Assembly: GCA_039194325.1 (NCBI GenBank)
Contig: JBCCWC010000011.1
Location: forward strand, 66,174 to 130,173
Source: Myxococcota bacterium
GTDB lineage: Bacteria; Myxococcota_A; Polyangia; Nannocystales; Nannocystaceae
Direction of reading: 5' to 3'
Length of the DNA stretch: 64,000 bases
Shown here: one piece after another, positions 38,101 through 49,500 of the stretch
How positions within the stretch are numbered: position 1 is the first letter of the stretch
Layout: each line of letters opens with the position of its first letter
The notes under the pieces: generated by a model
The model's input: only the letters and a program-made list of their open reading frames with translations
Told to the model about the DNA's origin: nothing
The model's database searches: none
Position numbers and translations under genes: made by a program

Positions 38101-40747
38101 CCGCTCGAGCGGCGTCGTCTGGCCCGGGATCTGCCGGCAAGAGGACGCCGAGCGGAGCGAGGATCTCGAGCGCCAGTTCGATGGCCTCGCGGAGCTGGCT
38201 CTGGGTGGTCAGCGCTTTCATCTTGACCAGGGTCACCTCGACGCGGTCGTAGGCTGAGCGTGCGTGCCGGAGCACGTTGTCGGCCAGCCGCTCCATGGAC
38301 TCGAAGTCGCCACACAGCGCCGCGGTCTCGGTAGCCAGCTCGGTCAGGCGCAGCGTCAGCGAGTAGTCGCGATCGTAGGCCGACGCGTCTGCACCCACGA
38401 TGTCCTCCTCGACCCCGCGCTCGAGCATCGGAGGCCGGACGAAAGAAAGACCCGCGGTGAACAGCCGAAAGGCCGTATCGTGGGCCGTCGCGCTCTTGGT
38501 CTTGAGACCCGCGTGGAGGTTGAGGCGTGCGACCTCCAGGCGCTCCAGCGGATCGGTCAGCAGGGCCTCCGCCGCGTCGAGGTGCTCGACGATGTCCAGC
38601 GGCGATGCCTGCCCGCTCGCCCGGAGCTGCCGGCCGATCTCAAGGTGTACGCTCGCGCGCTCGTGCTCCGGGACCAGGCTGTAGGCGGCCTGCTGAACGC
38701 GATCGTGGGTGAACTTGAAGGACAGCTCAAGCCTCGGCTCGAGCTGCTCGACGTCGGCCTCAAGCAGGCGATAGTCACCGGAGAGGGGCACCACGAACCC
38801 GCCCCCGATCGCGGGCAAGAGCTCGGCCATCGTGTCCTTGGCGCTCTGATCGCTGAGCTGCACCAGGGGAGGCAGGGTGAACTGATTGCCGAGGAACGCA
38901 GCCCAGCTCAGGATCCGTCGGGTTGAGGGCTCAAGGCGGTGCAGTTCGCCCAGCAGCAGGTCGACCACGTTGTCGCTGATGTCCCGGGCGTTGATCGCCG
39001 GCAAGTCCCACGACCACATCCCGGCGGTGTGGTCGAAGAACAGCAGGCCGTCGGTATGCAACGCGGCGAGGAACTGACGGACGAAGAACGGGTTACCGCC
39101 GCTCTTTTCGGCCACGAGCGCAGCCAGCGGTGCGGTTCGCTGGGACGAAGTACGAAACGTCTCTGCGATGAACTTGGCGACGTCGTCGGGTCGGAGCGGG
39201 GCCAGCTGTAGCAACTCGGCTGTATCGACTTCGTCGAGCATCATGCGAACCGGGTGGTGGGGATCCACCTCGTTATCGCGGTAGGCCCCGATCACCAGCA
39301 GGTAGGGCACTGACTCGCCAGTCATCAGGGCCTTGATGAACTCGATCGACGTACCGTCGGCCCACTGGAGGTCGTCGAGAAACAAGACCAGCGGGTGCTC
39401 GGGTTGCGCGAACACGCGGATGAACTCGCGCAGCACCCGTCGGAGCCGAAAACGCCGGTCTCCGGTCGACTCGGCACGCACCGGCGCCATCGCTCCGGTC
39501 AAGAGTTCGACCTGAGGGACGATCTCGATGAGTAGGGCGCAGTCGGACTCGACTGCTTGCATCAGTCGCGTACGCCAGTGCGCGATGCGCTGCTCATCCT
39601 CGCACAGCACATGGCGGAGCAGGGCCTCGAGCGCCTCGATCACCAGGGCGTAGGGTCGGTCCCGTTCGAACTGCTCGGCCTTTCCGGAGGCAAAGAACCC
39701 TTTGCTCCGGGTCACCGGCTCGTAGAGCTGCTTGATCAGTGCGGACTTACCGATCCCGGAGTGCCCCGTGACCAGAAAGAGCCGGGTGTCTCCGTGCGCA
39801 GCGGCCGAGAACGCGGCGCCAAGGAGGTCGTGTTCGACAGCGCGACCATAGAGCGTGTCGGGGAGCCGGAAACGGGTGGATACATCGTCCTGACCCAGCT
39901 CCACCAGCGCTGGCGCTTCGCCCGCTCGGTACTTGAGGCAGGCAGTCAGGTCTGACTTGAGCCCGTGGCAGGATTGGTAGCGATCGTCGGGGTTCTTGGC
40001 GAGGAGCTTGAGGACGATATTCGAAAGCAACGAGGGGATGGCAGGCACCCGCCTTTGAGGGGCCACGGGGAGGTGCGCGAGGTGGCAGTGGATAAGTTCT
40101 AGCAGGTCGTCACGGTCGAAGGGGAGGTGACCAGTGAGCAACTCGTAGAAGGTGCAGCCGAGCGAGTAGAAGTCGCTGCGATAGTCCAAGACGCGGTTGA
40201 GCCGGCCGGTCTGCTCTGGCGACAGGTAGCCGGGGGTTCCCTCGAGGCGGGTTGGGTGGTCGAAGGAGACCGACTCGCGATCCAGCCCGCGGGTCGAGAT
40301 GCCAAAATCGATGATCTTGACGACGCCGGTGTCGCGGTTGAGGACGATGTTGGACGGGTTGAGATCTTTGTGGATGACCTGTGCCTGATGGATATTGGCC
40401 ACGATATCGGTGATGTCGATGGCCAGCCTCAGGAACCGGTCGACGTCGATCTCACCGGCGAGCCCCAGGCGACGCAAGGACTCGGCGCCAAAGTCTTCGC
40501 AAACGATGACCCAGTGGTTCTCGGTCTGGAGATGCTCGTGAACGGTGATGACCCCGGGCCGGGATAGCTCCTGGGTCAGAAGGTACTCATGCTTGAACTG
40601 CGCGATAGCCTTCGGCGAGGGCTGGATCGCCTTGAGCGCCTTGAGGATCACGGAGCGCTCGTCGGACTGCCGGATCGCTCGGTAAACGATGGAGTTGTCG
40701 CCCTCGTAGAGTCGTTCGGTGGTGGTGTATCCGGGTGCAGAAACCAT
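35117..40747 (-). CDS. Multidomain Ser/Thr kinase - AAA ATPase - helical region - GAF - AAA_35 (STAND-like) NTPase
   Basis: VILK, HKDLNPSN, IDFG, YLSPEQTGR, SDFYSLG (kinase); LYGR...GHSGIGKS...LFLDDLQWAD (ATPase 1); SVLCLPI...YMEN (GAF); YTVGGSL..DTPSYVQRSAD...ARQMGKSSL...FVDEID...TPFNIG...WTKGQPFLSQKLC...NPIY..IF (AAA_35). ATG at 40747. Confidence 0.9.
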   Translation of the reverse strand: MVSAPGYTTTERLYEGDNSIVYRAIRQSDERSVILKALKAIQPSPKAIAQFKHEYLLTQELSRPGVITVHEHLQTENHWVIVCEDFGAESLRRLGLAGEIDVDRFLRLAIDITDIVANIHQAQVIHKDLNPSNIVLNRDTGVVKIIDFGISTRGLDRESVSFDHPTRLEGTPGYLSPEQTGRLNRVLDYRSDFYSLGCTFYELLTGHLPFDRDDLLELIHCHLAHLPVAPQRRVPAIPSLLSNIVLKLLAKNPDDRYQSCHGLKSDLTACLKYRAGEAPALVELGQDDVSTRFRLPDTLYGRAVEHDLLGAAFSAAAHGDTRLFLVTGHSGIGKSALIKQLYEPVTRSKGFFASGKAEQFERDRPYALVIEALEALLRHVLCEDEQRIAHWRTRLMQAVESDCALLIEIVPQVELLTGAMAPVRAESTGDRRFRLRRVLREFIRVFAQPEHPLVLFLDDLQWADGTSIEFIKALMTGESVPYLLVIGAYRDNEVDPHHPVRMMLDEVDTAELLQLAPLRPDDVAKFIAETFRTSSQRTAPLAALVAEKSGGNPFFVRQFLAALHTDGLLFFDHTAGMWSWDLPAINARDISDNVVDLLLGELHRLEPSTRRILSWAAFLGNQFTLPPLVQLSDQSAKDTMAELLPAIGGGFVVPLSGDYRLLEADVEQLEPRLELSFKFTHDRVQQAAYSLVPEHERASVHLEIGRQLRASGQASPLDIVEHLDAAEALLTDPLERLEVARLNLHAGLKTKSATAHDTAFRLFTAGLSFVRPPMLERGVEEDIVGADASAYDRDYSLTLRLTELATETAALCGDFESMERLADNVLRHARSAYDRVEVTLVKMKALTTQSQLREAIELALEILAPLGVLLPADPGPDDAARAALAVERALGDRTIESLASVPRATSTLPHGHAMRVLRAIYITTLMSHQALAPLVAAKMVELTLLHGRVDESVGGYCYHGVHLCERGDASSIEQGYRFAQTARAICHREELDEQLVDVDGNGYFHIYHLVEPVRDLIEIVNQCYRTAWRTGNNTMAAGGLANQAIAPFTAGFELDELSAKMRGLVEICEQRRYMAQATWVRAYWQCVLNLMGEHDADDPCVLRGEAYDEGVQLPIHQQDNDQIMIQLLHVLKTMLSARFGRYREAVASYSSYVDRRCPQSALFHPPALMLYCIARLALLGEEQPDNRASVLEDVEARIQQVKVWAQTGPTNYLHKAHLLEAEFARATGRHDDARVHYDRAIDLAREHRYLNDETLALERAASFFHEQGHMRLASYYMRDAHYAYQRWGAKAKLRELELRYPDLLVSGDAPRARSSLRGATSPSETRGTLVTGELPDLDLEAVLRATRAIRAEHDLAGLLRQVMTVCLTYAGARQGLLILARRGELVVKATGHLDETVRIELTSEALGDRSDLSHAVVRYVAKTEEPVVLDHASAEGDFKADAYIQRHGCKSVLCLPILYQRTLVGITYMENNQTSGAFGASHLELLSLLMTQAALSIDNAWLRSTDEEAEFRYTVGGSLAGDTPSYVQRSADRELVRRVDQREYCHVFNARQMGKSSLRVQAMSRLAARGIRCVAIDISAIGSTGVTSEQWYAGIARALSAGLGLRESFHLRTWWRERSHLSPPQRLAELIDEVVLGDGSEPIAIFVDEIDMMFSLEFSPDDFFGLVRSLYNKRADDPRYAQLSFVLLGVATPSRLIRDKSRTPFNIGHTISLTGFKPAEARVLARGLLDFDRPDLVLEAILRWTKGQPFLSQKLCLLARDAPSRPLPGKERAWVDSLVTRKVIDRWRNYDDPEHLGTIEARILESPRRQELLTLYAEVLEHDVVDSSATPLEFELLLTGLVVRDWGRLRIGNPIYANIFDAAWIKSAHAAPSRNH

Positions 40748-41229
40748 GGGTCGTCCTTCGGCGTGGTCTCTAGATTCCTCGCGCCGGAGTGCGGCGGCAT
40801 GTGCCGCCCGAGACCGGCGCATCGTGGCGCCTCGCACGAGGTCGAGCCGTGAGGATCAGGACAGGTAACCGGACATGCGTACCGTGGCACTATCGACGAT
40901 CACACTGCCCTGCGCAACCGCGGATCCGACGGAGGATCGCCGTCGGTCGATTGTCGCAGCGGTCTGTGGCGTGATTGCGTGGTCAGGCATGGCTGTCGGT
41001 TGGTAACCCTTCAGGGGGGGTGTTGAGCGGCGGAACCTTGCGTGCGAATTGCGTTGCGTGAATACGCCGAGGAAACCCGAAGAACTCACCGAGCAGATCG
41101 AGTAACTCGTCGAGCGATATCTAGGCCCGAATCAAGCGCAAAAAGCGCCTGGTGGTGGGATTTCGCGCGTAGCGCCGCGTGTTGACGCGTCAGCGTCAAC
41201 CAGAGCGCACACGAGAGATCTGCTTTTAG

Positions 41230-41480
41230 GTGAATGAGATGGGAAAACCACGACAACGGCTACAGCAAGAGAAACGGAAGAGCGAGCGGCGTCTCGACCG
41301 AGCATTCGGTGGCATGCCACCGCTGACCAACGGTCCTGAGTTCACAACGCGGCGTGTCCACTTCTAGAAAGAAAATAGGCTCTGAACGAAGTTTGGGTTT
41401 TCATCCGTCGCGGGTTGCCCGTTCGGGCGGTGCCGAGCTGATCTGAGGAGTTGGAATCAGGGCGATGATGAGCATATATG
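41230..41480 (+). pseudogene. Probable IS1380-family transposase N-terminal remnant
   Basis: GTG/ATG-initiated (M)NEMGKPRQRLQQEKRKSERRLDRAFGGMPP...GPEFTTRRVHF* followed by broken GG.ELI / IRA-DEH-like fragments. This resembles IS1380 transposase N-termini from memory only. Confidence 0.4.
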
Positions 41481-42374
41481 GAGGCAGTGCGCTGGTGCAG
41501 GGGAGGTCGTTGTCTGTTTGCCACAGTGCCAAGCTCGTTTCGCAGCCCTCGATCTTCTCCGTACAGTATGTAGATGTGTTGGATTCATGACCGCCGAGTA
41601 ATAATCAGTGAGTCGATCGTTCGTCGTCGAAGTCGTCACTTGGTTGTCGAGGGGTCGGTCGCTGGCTCGCCTTTCGACCTTACGTCTCGAACTACGCCCC
41701 GATGATTCACGAACCTCATAGTTCTCCTCTGACCCTGACGAGGTGGGCTTTGGCTCGGGTTGCTCCGCGCGGCCACCGCACGGACCGAGCCCTGCTCGCC
41801 CGAGGACCTGACGGCGAGGCAACCTGCTCATTGAAGAGCGCTTGCGTTGTCACGGATCAAAAATGAGAAGCCCCTGAATAATTCAGGCGGGAGGTCGAGA
41901 CGTGGGGCCGAATCGTGGGCCAATGGTCAAACGACAACCAGCTCCCCCGCTCTTCCCGTTGGTACGACGGACCGGAATGCGCTGTTCCCGCCGTCGGGTG
42001 CGCACACCGCAAGACGCACGGGCGGAGCCATGAGAGTCCAGCACGCTCTAAGTCGGCCCGTCGTGATCATCGCTCGCCGGAGCGGCGAGCCCATTCCCTT
42101 CATATCCTGATCGATCGCGGTCCACAGCGCAACCAACCGAGACGTCGCGAGCATCGGTCAGTCGCGCGATGCCGTGAGAGTGGAGCCGGGGGCAGCGCTT
42201 CTACTCGATCAGCGCCCTCCTCGCGTCTTGCTCCCGCGGTGCGGTTCCGTATCTAGCTCCGCACGAGCTTCGGGCACCGGACCCCGGACCCCGGGTGGTC
42301 TCGGGTGACCGGGCGGGAACCTTCCCGCGGTCGTGGGTGTTTTGATGAGGGGACTGATAAGCTCCCCCGACCTC

Positions 42375-43805
<1,431 letters not shown>

Positions 43806-43810
43806 CGCGC

Positions 43811-44752
43811 ATGGCGACGCCCGATTCCGAAGCATCGTCCTCGGTTCCGTCCTCGGCCTCGGCCGCAAGTGGGGCCCGCCCGCCCCGTCGTCGTCTCGAC
43901 GCCCTGGGGATCGTCGCGTTCGTGCTGTACATCGCCGTCGGGGGAGTGCTCGTGTTCGGCTTTGGCCAGTCGCTCGAGTCGGCCGTGCGCACGCAAAACG
44001 AGACCGCGTGCCGGGCCATGCAGCCCGCGCATGCGCAGGTCACCGGTCGGGTGCTCGACGTCGACGGCCAGCCGATCGAAGGGACAGTCGTCGTGCCGGT
44101 GATCGACGGTCGCGGAGGAGCCCCCGTCGAGGTCGACGCCAAGGAGGGTCGCTTCCAGCTGTTCTTGCCCCGGGGAGACCAGGCCCTTCGGGTGCGCGCC
44201 CCCGGCAAGGAAGGGATCGAAGCGAGCTTTGTGCTCGGGGACTCGGAGATCCTCGACGTGGAGATCACGTTGGTCGCCGAAGGCCAAGACGGTAGCGCGC
44301 TACAGGAGGTTCGCCGCTCGCCCTACGAGGCACCGCCCTTTGTGGTTCAGGATCTCGAGGGCCGCGAGGTGGCGCTGTCGGAGTTTCGCGGGAAGCTGGT
44401 GGTGCTCAACTTCTGGGCCACGTGGTGTGAGCCCTGCATTACCGAGTGGCCGCAGGTGGCCAAGCTCTCCGAACGACTCGCGGACAACGGCGACGTGGTC
44501 GTGCTCGCGGTGAGCATCGACGAAGAGCGCGACAATATCGGGCCCTTCCTCGCGCAGATGTCGCTGGATGACACCGATGTACGGGTGCTGTGGGATCCGA
44601 GCACGAAGCTGCACGAGCAGCTGGGTAGCTCGAAGATCCCCGACACCTACTTCGTCGACGAACAAGGCCAGGTGCACAGCGTGTTCGTCAATACGCGGGA
44701 GTGGGGCTCCCCGGGCGCGCTGCGCTGCGTCGAGTCGTCGCTCGGGCGCTGA
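43811..44752 (+). CDS. TlpA/ResA-like thiol:disulfide oxidoreductase with an inserted carboxypeptidase-regulatory-like domain
   Basis: TM anchor; VTGRVLDVDGQPIEG...GRFQL...LRVRAPG; APPF..QDLEG...LSEFRGKLVVLNFWATWCEPC...IPDTYFVD. Confidence 0.88.
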   Translation: MATPDSEASSSVPSSASAASGARPPRRRLDALGIVAFVLYIAVGGVLVFGFGQSLESAVRTQNETACRAMQPAHAQVTGRVLDVDGQPIEGTVVVPVIDGRGGAPVEVDAKEGRFQLFLPRGDQALRVRAPGKEGIEASFVLGDSEILDVEITLVAEGQDGSALQEVRRSPYEAPPFVVQDLEGREVALSEFRGKLVVLNFWATWCEPCITEWPQVAKLSERLADNGDVVVLAVSIDEERDNIGPFLAQMSLDDTDVRVLWDPSTKLHEQLGSSKIPDTYFVDEQGQVHSVFVNTREWGSPGALRCVESSLGR

Positions 44753-44843
44753 CCCGACAGGTCGTGGAGCGTTGGGCGGCTCGTCGGCGGGATCCCGGGT
44801 TCTTCGGGCCCGGCTGTCGTGCGAGCATGGTGGTCGTATCGCC

Positions 44844-46310
44844 ATGACCGACAGTGATCGAGCCATCGTCATCGGATCCAGCGTCGCGGGGTTGGTCGCG
44901 GCCCGGGTCCTCTCCGAGCATTTCGCCGAGGTGGTCGTCATCGAGCGTGACCCGCCGCCCACCGGGCCGCAGCCGCGCAAGGGCGTGCCCCAGGGGCGGC
45001 ACACCCACGCGGTGCTCAAGGGCGGGGCCGACGTGCTCGGTGAGCTCTTTGCCGGTTTTTGGCCGCAGATGCTCGAGGCGGGCTCGCGCTACACCGACCT
45101 GGCCGAAGACTGGGTGTGGTTCCACCACGACGTGTTCAAGCAGCGCCACACCACGGGCCTCTATATGTACTGCCAGACCCGTCCGATGCTCGAGTGGCAC
45201 GTGCGGCAGCGGGTGGTGGCGCTCGGCAACGTGGAGCTGCGGCACGATCACACCGTCGCCGATCTGGTCCACGACGCGGCGCGATCGCAGGTGACGGGGG
45301 TCCGCCTGCGGGCGCGGGGGCAGGAGCAGACCACCACCCTGTCTGCTGCGGTGGTGGTCGATACGTCGGGGCGAGGGACCCAGACTCCGCGCTGGCTCGA
45401 GGCGCTGGGCTACGGGCGACCGCCCGAGCAGACGGTCAAGACCAACGTCGGCTACGCCAGCCGGCTGGTCAAGTTGGCCGACGATCCCGCGCGCGACTGG
45501 AAGTGCATGCTGATCTACCCCCGGGCGCCGCACCAGACCCGGGTTGGTTACATCTTCCCGGTGGAGGGCGGTCACCACATCATGACCCTGGCCGGCTACT
45601 GTGGTGATTACCCGCCGGCCGACGAGGAGGGATTCATGGCCTTCGCGCGGGATGTTCCGCGGCCCGAGTACTACCGGGAGATCTCACGGGCCGAGTTCCT
45701 CACTCCGATCGCGACCCATCGACTGCCCAGCAACCTTCGCCGTCGCTACGAGCGAATGGCCCGGTTCCCCGAGGGGCTGCTCGTGCTCGGGGACGCGGTC
45801 TGCAGCTTCAACCCCCTGTTCGGTCAGGGCATGACCACCGCGGCCCTGGGCGCGAACGTGCTGCGGCGCTGCCTGGCCGGGCGTTCGTCCTCGGATCCGT
45901 CGTTGCGGGGCCCGTCTTTGGTCCGGGGGCTGGCCAAGGAGCTGTGGGCGGGCCTTCGGCCGATCAACGACATCGCCTGGCTGCTCGCCACCACCGAGGA
46001 CATGCGCTACCCGCAGGTGGAGGGGCGACGACCCCTGGGGATCGGGGCGCTCAACTGGTTCAAGGCTCAGCTGCTCGAGCTGTCTGCGGTCGACGTCGAC
46101 ATTCACACGCGCTTCCTCGAGGTGCTGTGCTTCAAGCGGGGCCTCGAGGCGCTGATGCATCCCTCGGTGGTGGCTCGGGTGCTGCGCTGGAGTCTGCGAC
46201 CCCGCGACCGTGAGCGCCTGCGTCGGTTTCCGCGCGGGCCCCAGGTCGGATCAGGGGTACCGTCGGGGGCCGCGTCGGGGGGCCCGTCGGTTCCTCGGGC
46301 GGCCGAGTGA
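44844..46310 (+). CDS. FAD-dependent oxidoreductase/monooxygenase
   Basis: AIVIGSSVAGL, IERD, RKGVPQGRHTH, VVDTSGRG and LGDAVCSFNPLFGQGMT motifs. ATG at 44844. Confidence 0.9.
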   Translation: MTDSDRAIVIGSSVAGLVAARVLSEHFAEVVVIERDPPPTGPQPRKGVPQGRHTHAVLKGGADVLGELFAGFWPQMLEAGSRYTDLAEDWVWFHHDVFKQRHTTGLYMYCQTRPMLEWHVRQRVVALGNVELRHDHTVADLVHDAARSQVTGVRLRARGQEQTTTLSAAVVVDTSGRGTQTPRWLEALGYGRPPEQTVKTNVGYASRLVKLADDPARDWKCMLIYPRAPHQTRVGYIFPVEGGHHIMTLAGYCGDYPPADEEGFMAFARDVPRPEYYREISRAEFLTPIATHRLPSNLRRRYERMARFPEGLLVLGDAVCSFNPLFGQGMTTAALGANVLRRCLAGRSSSDPSLRGPSLVRGLAKELWAGLRPINDIAWLLATTEDMRYPQVEGRRPLGIGALNWFKAQLLELSAVDVDIHTRFLEVLCFKRGLEALMHPSVVARVLRWSLRPRDRERLRRFPRGPQVGSGVPSGAASGGPSVPRAAE

Positions 46311-46552
46311 CGGGCACCGAGGGCCCGAACATGAAGCTGCGGGTCACCGGTAGCGCCGGTCACCTGGCCGAGGTTCCACGGAGCGAGATCGGGGGCGGGC
46401 GACCCATACGGGCGGTTTGTACAGGCGGGACCATTCGTCCCGCGCGAGGGATGGTTTGGTCGGTCTTCGGGAGCATCCCCGCGTAAGTCGTCGGCAGGGG
46501 GCCGCGTTGGGCTTGTCGTAACCGCAACGTCGTCGGGCCACAGGCGTGGCCC

Positions 46553-49500
46553 GTGTCCCTTCATCGCATCCAGGAACCATCGCCTCCGGGTCGTCTGGCC
46601 TCGCCCTCGAGTCCGTCGCCGATTCCCCTCGCGGTCACGCTAGGGGTTGTGCGCTCGGTGGCGCGACCATGGTCAGCCGGCCCGGGGGCGGTGGGGATCT
46701 TGTCGAGGCTGACCGTGTCCTTCCCGTTTCTTACGCGTCGTCGTCGCCTTGCCCGTGGTTTGTCCCTTGGTCTGGCCCGTGGTCTCGGTGGGTCGTTGGG
46801 GTTGCTGACCCCGTTGCTCGTTCCCACCCTCGCCCATGCCGCCGGGGGAGGGATCTCCGGGGTGGTCGAGGACTCGCAGACCCGTGAGCACATCGCTGGG
46901 GCGTTGGTCATCGTCCAGTGCACCTGCCTGCCCGAGCCCCGCGAGATGATGACCAACGACAACGGGCTCTACTCGTTCCGCAACCTCCCCGCGGGCAAGT
47001 ACACGGTGCAGGTCTTTGCCGGCCAGTCGACCCTCACCAAGGTCATGGATCTGGCCCGTGACGAGCACGCGCGCGAGCGCTTCCGGCTCGACCCCGACAA
47101 GGAGGAAGTGCGCGAGGTGGTGGTGACTCGGGCGGTGCGCAACACCCCATCCTCGGGGATCCGCCTGGGCAAGGAGATCCGCAACCTCCCGGCGGGCAGC
47201 AATCCCTCGCGCGATGCCCTCACCGCGGTGGTCGAGCTGACCCCCACCGGGGGCAAGGACGCGGCCGGGCCCACCGTGGCCGGCTCGACCGGAGCCGAGG
47301 TCTCCTTCGAGCTGGACGGCATGTCCCTCAACAGCCCCACCACCGGCACGGTGGCCATGCCCATGCTCCAGGAGTTCGTCGAGCAGGTGGAGGTGCAAGA
47401 AGCGAGCGTCTCGGCCCGCGCGGGGGGCTTTTCGGGGGGGCGCGTGTCGGCCCGGCGGATCTCGGGGGGCAACAAGATGCGGGGCAATGCCCGCTTCACC
47501 TTCACCCCGCGCCTGGGCACGCCCCGCACGATCGTGGCCACCGACAACGCGATCCGGGCCACCGAGACCCCCGACTACCAGATGGAGGGGGCCATGGGGG
47601 TCACTGGCCCGCTCATCAAAGATCGTCTCTTCGGCTCGCTGGGGATCGGGGTGACCGGCTCGCGCTCGACCCTCTTGCAGTCCTTCCACCACCGGATCGA
47701 CAAGAACGGATCGGGGGGCTACGAGCAGTGTCCCTACGAGAACGGGACCTTCGACTGTGCGGCCGGGGGCGACTACATCGCCACGGAGCAATTCTACTCC
47801 AAGAGCTTCCGCACCCGTCGCGTCCAGGCCCAGGCGCTGGTGGGGCTGGACTGGGCCATCAACCCCAAGCATCGGCTGGGGGCCACCTTCATCGGCACGC
47901 CCAGCTTCTTGCGCCGGTCGTACCGGCGGCCGGCGGGGGGCAACCTCGATCCCGACGTGTTCGGATCCAACCCCAACGCCGATCCCCTCGGTGGGGCATC
48001 GACGGTGGCCAACGGGGTGGTCGACGGGGCCTTCGGCTGGGATCTGGGGACGGCCAGCCGGGCCAACCTGGAGTACAAGGGCCGCGTCGCCGGAGATCGG
48101 ATCGAGATCGACGCCAACGTGGGCTATCTGTACAGCACCTTCGACGAGGCGTGGCGGCTCGAGGATCCCACGCTGCGGGATCGGCCGGCCACCGAGGAGC
48201 GCGACGCTCAGGGGGCGAGCCTGTTCCGCCTGCTCGACCGCGACGAGGGCCTGGATCTGGTGGGGGGCGTCAAGGAGGCGTGCAACGACGCGGGGCTGCC
48301 CGGGCTGACCTGTCCCGTTCGCTCGTGGCGCTCGGGGGGGATCGGCCAGTACACCAAGGATCGCTCCTCGCGGATCGCGGCCAACTTTGCCCTGACCCAC
48401 TTCTTCGAGGCCGCGGGGGCCCACCAGCTGGCGTGGGGCAGCCAGTTCTTCCACGACCAGCGCCGGCGGCGGATCCAGTTCTCGGGCCAAAACGACGCTG
48501 ATTTCTACGACAACTGCGCGGCCGCGGGCCTCTCGGGGGACGGCGGCGAGTGGTGCTTCGACGAGCGCACGAGCGACTACGCCCTGCGCGTAGATCGAGC
48601 ACAGCAGGTCGACAACCACCGGATCATCTACGTCGACACCGACAACCCCAACCGCCGGGTCAGCCAGGGGTTTGGGCGGGTGCGTCACGAGCAGGGACAG
48701 CTGCGGGCGATCACCAACGCGCAGGGGCACGGCGTGCGCGTGGCCGCGTATGACGAGCGGGTGTCGTCGCAGAACTACGCCGCGTTCATTCACGATCGCT
48801 GGGCCCTGGCCTCCAACCTCTTCTTGGACGCGGGCCTGCGCTGGGAGGCGCAGGACATGCGAGACGTTCGGGGCCAGCGGGCGTTCCTGATACGCGACAA
48901 CGTGGCCCCGCGGGCCGGGCTGGTCTACGACTGGACCGACGAGGGGCGCAGCCGGCTCTACGGCGGCTATGGCATGTTCTTTCAGCAGCTACCGCTGGCC
49001 CTGCTCAATCGGGTCTACGGCGGTATGGTCGAGGTGCAGCGTACCTTCGAGAACAGCTCGTGCGAGGGCCGTACCGCGTCCACTCCCCAAGGGGATATGC
49101 CCATGTTCGAGAGCGGGCAGCCCACCGGCTATTGTGTCGACTACGACCAGAACACCTCGGGGCTGACCGCCGGCAGCACCGTGCCGCGCTTGCGGGGGCA
49201 GTTCGACCATGTGTGGCAGCTGGGCTACGAGCAGGAGATCATCGAGGATCTCACCCTCGGCGTGCGCTGGCTGCATCGATCCTTAGGTCGGGCCGTCGAG
49301 GACGTCTCGACCGACGGGGGCAACAACTACATCATCGCCAACCCGGGCGAGGCGGTGGCGGCCGAGGACATCGCCCGGCAGCAGGCCCGCTGTGCGCAGC
49401 TCGACGCCGATCTGGCCGATCTGGCCGAGGACGACCCCGCGCAGGACGAGCTGGCCCGACAGGCGCAGCGCTGCGGCTTCTTGGCCGACGCCTTCGAGCG

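Noticed and set aside
41886..41902. Possible att site resembling the tRNA-Gly 3' end (TCTCG.CTCCCGC)
   Set aside because: The match is short, imperfect and on the opposite strand, and no integrase is present.
46311..46560. Cobalamin riboswitch upstream of the TonB receptor
   Set aside because: No recognisable B12-box or conserved core was seen. An Rfam scan would be decisive.
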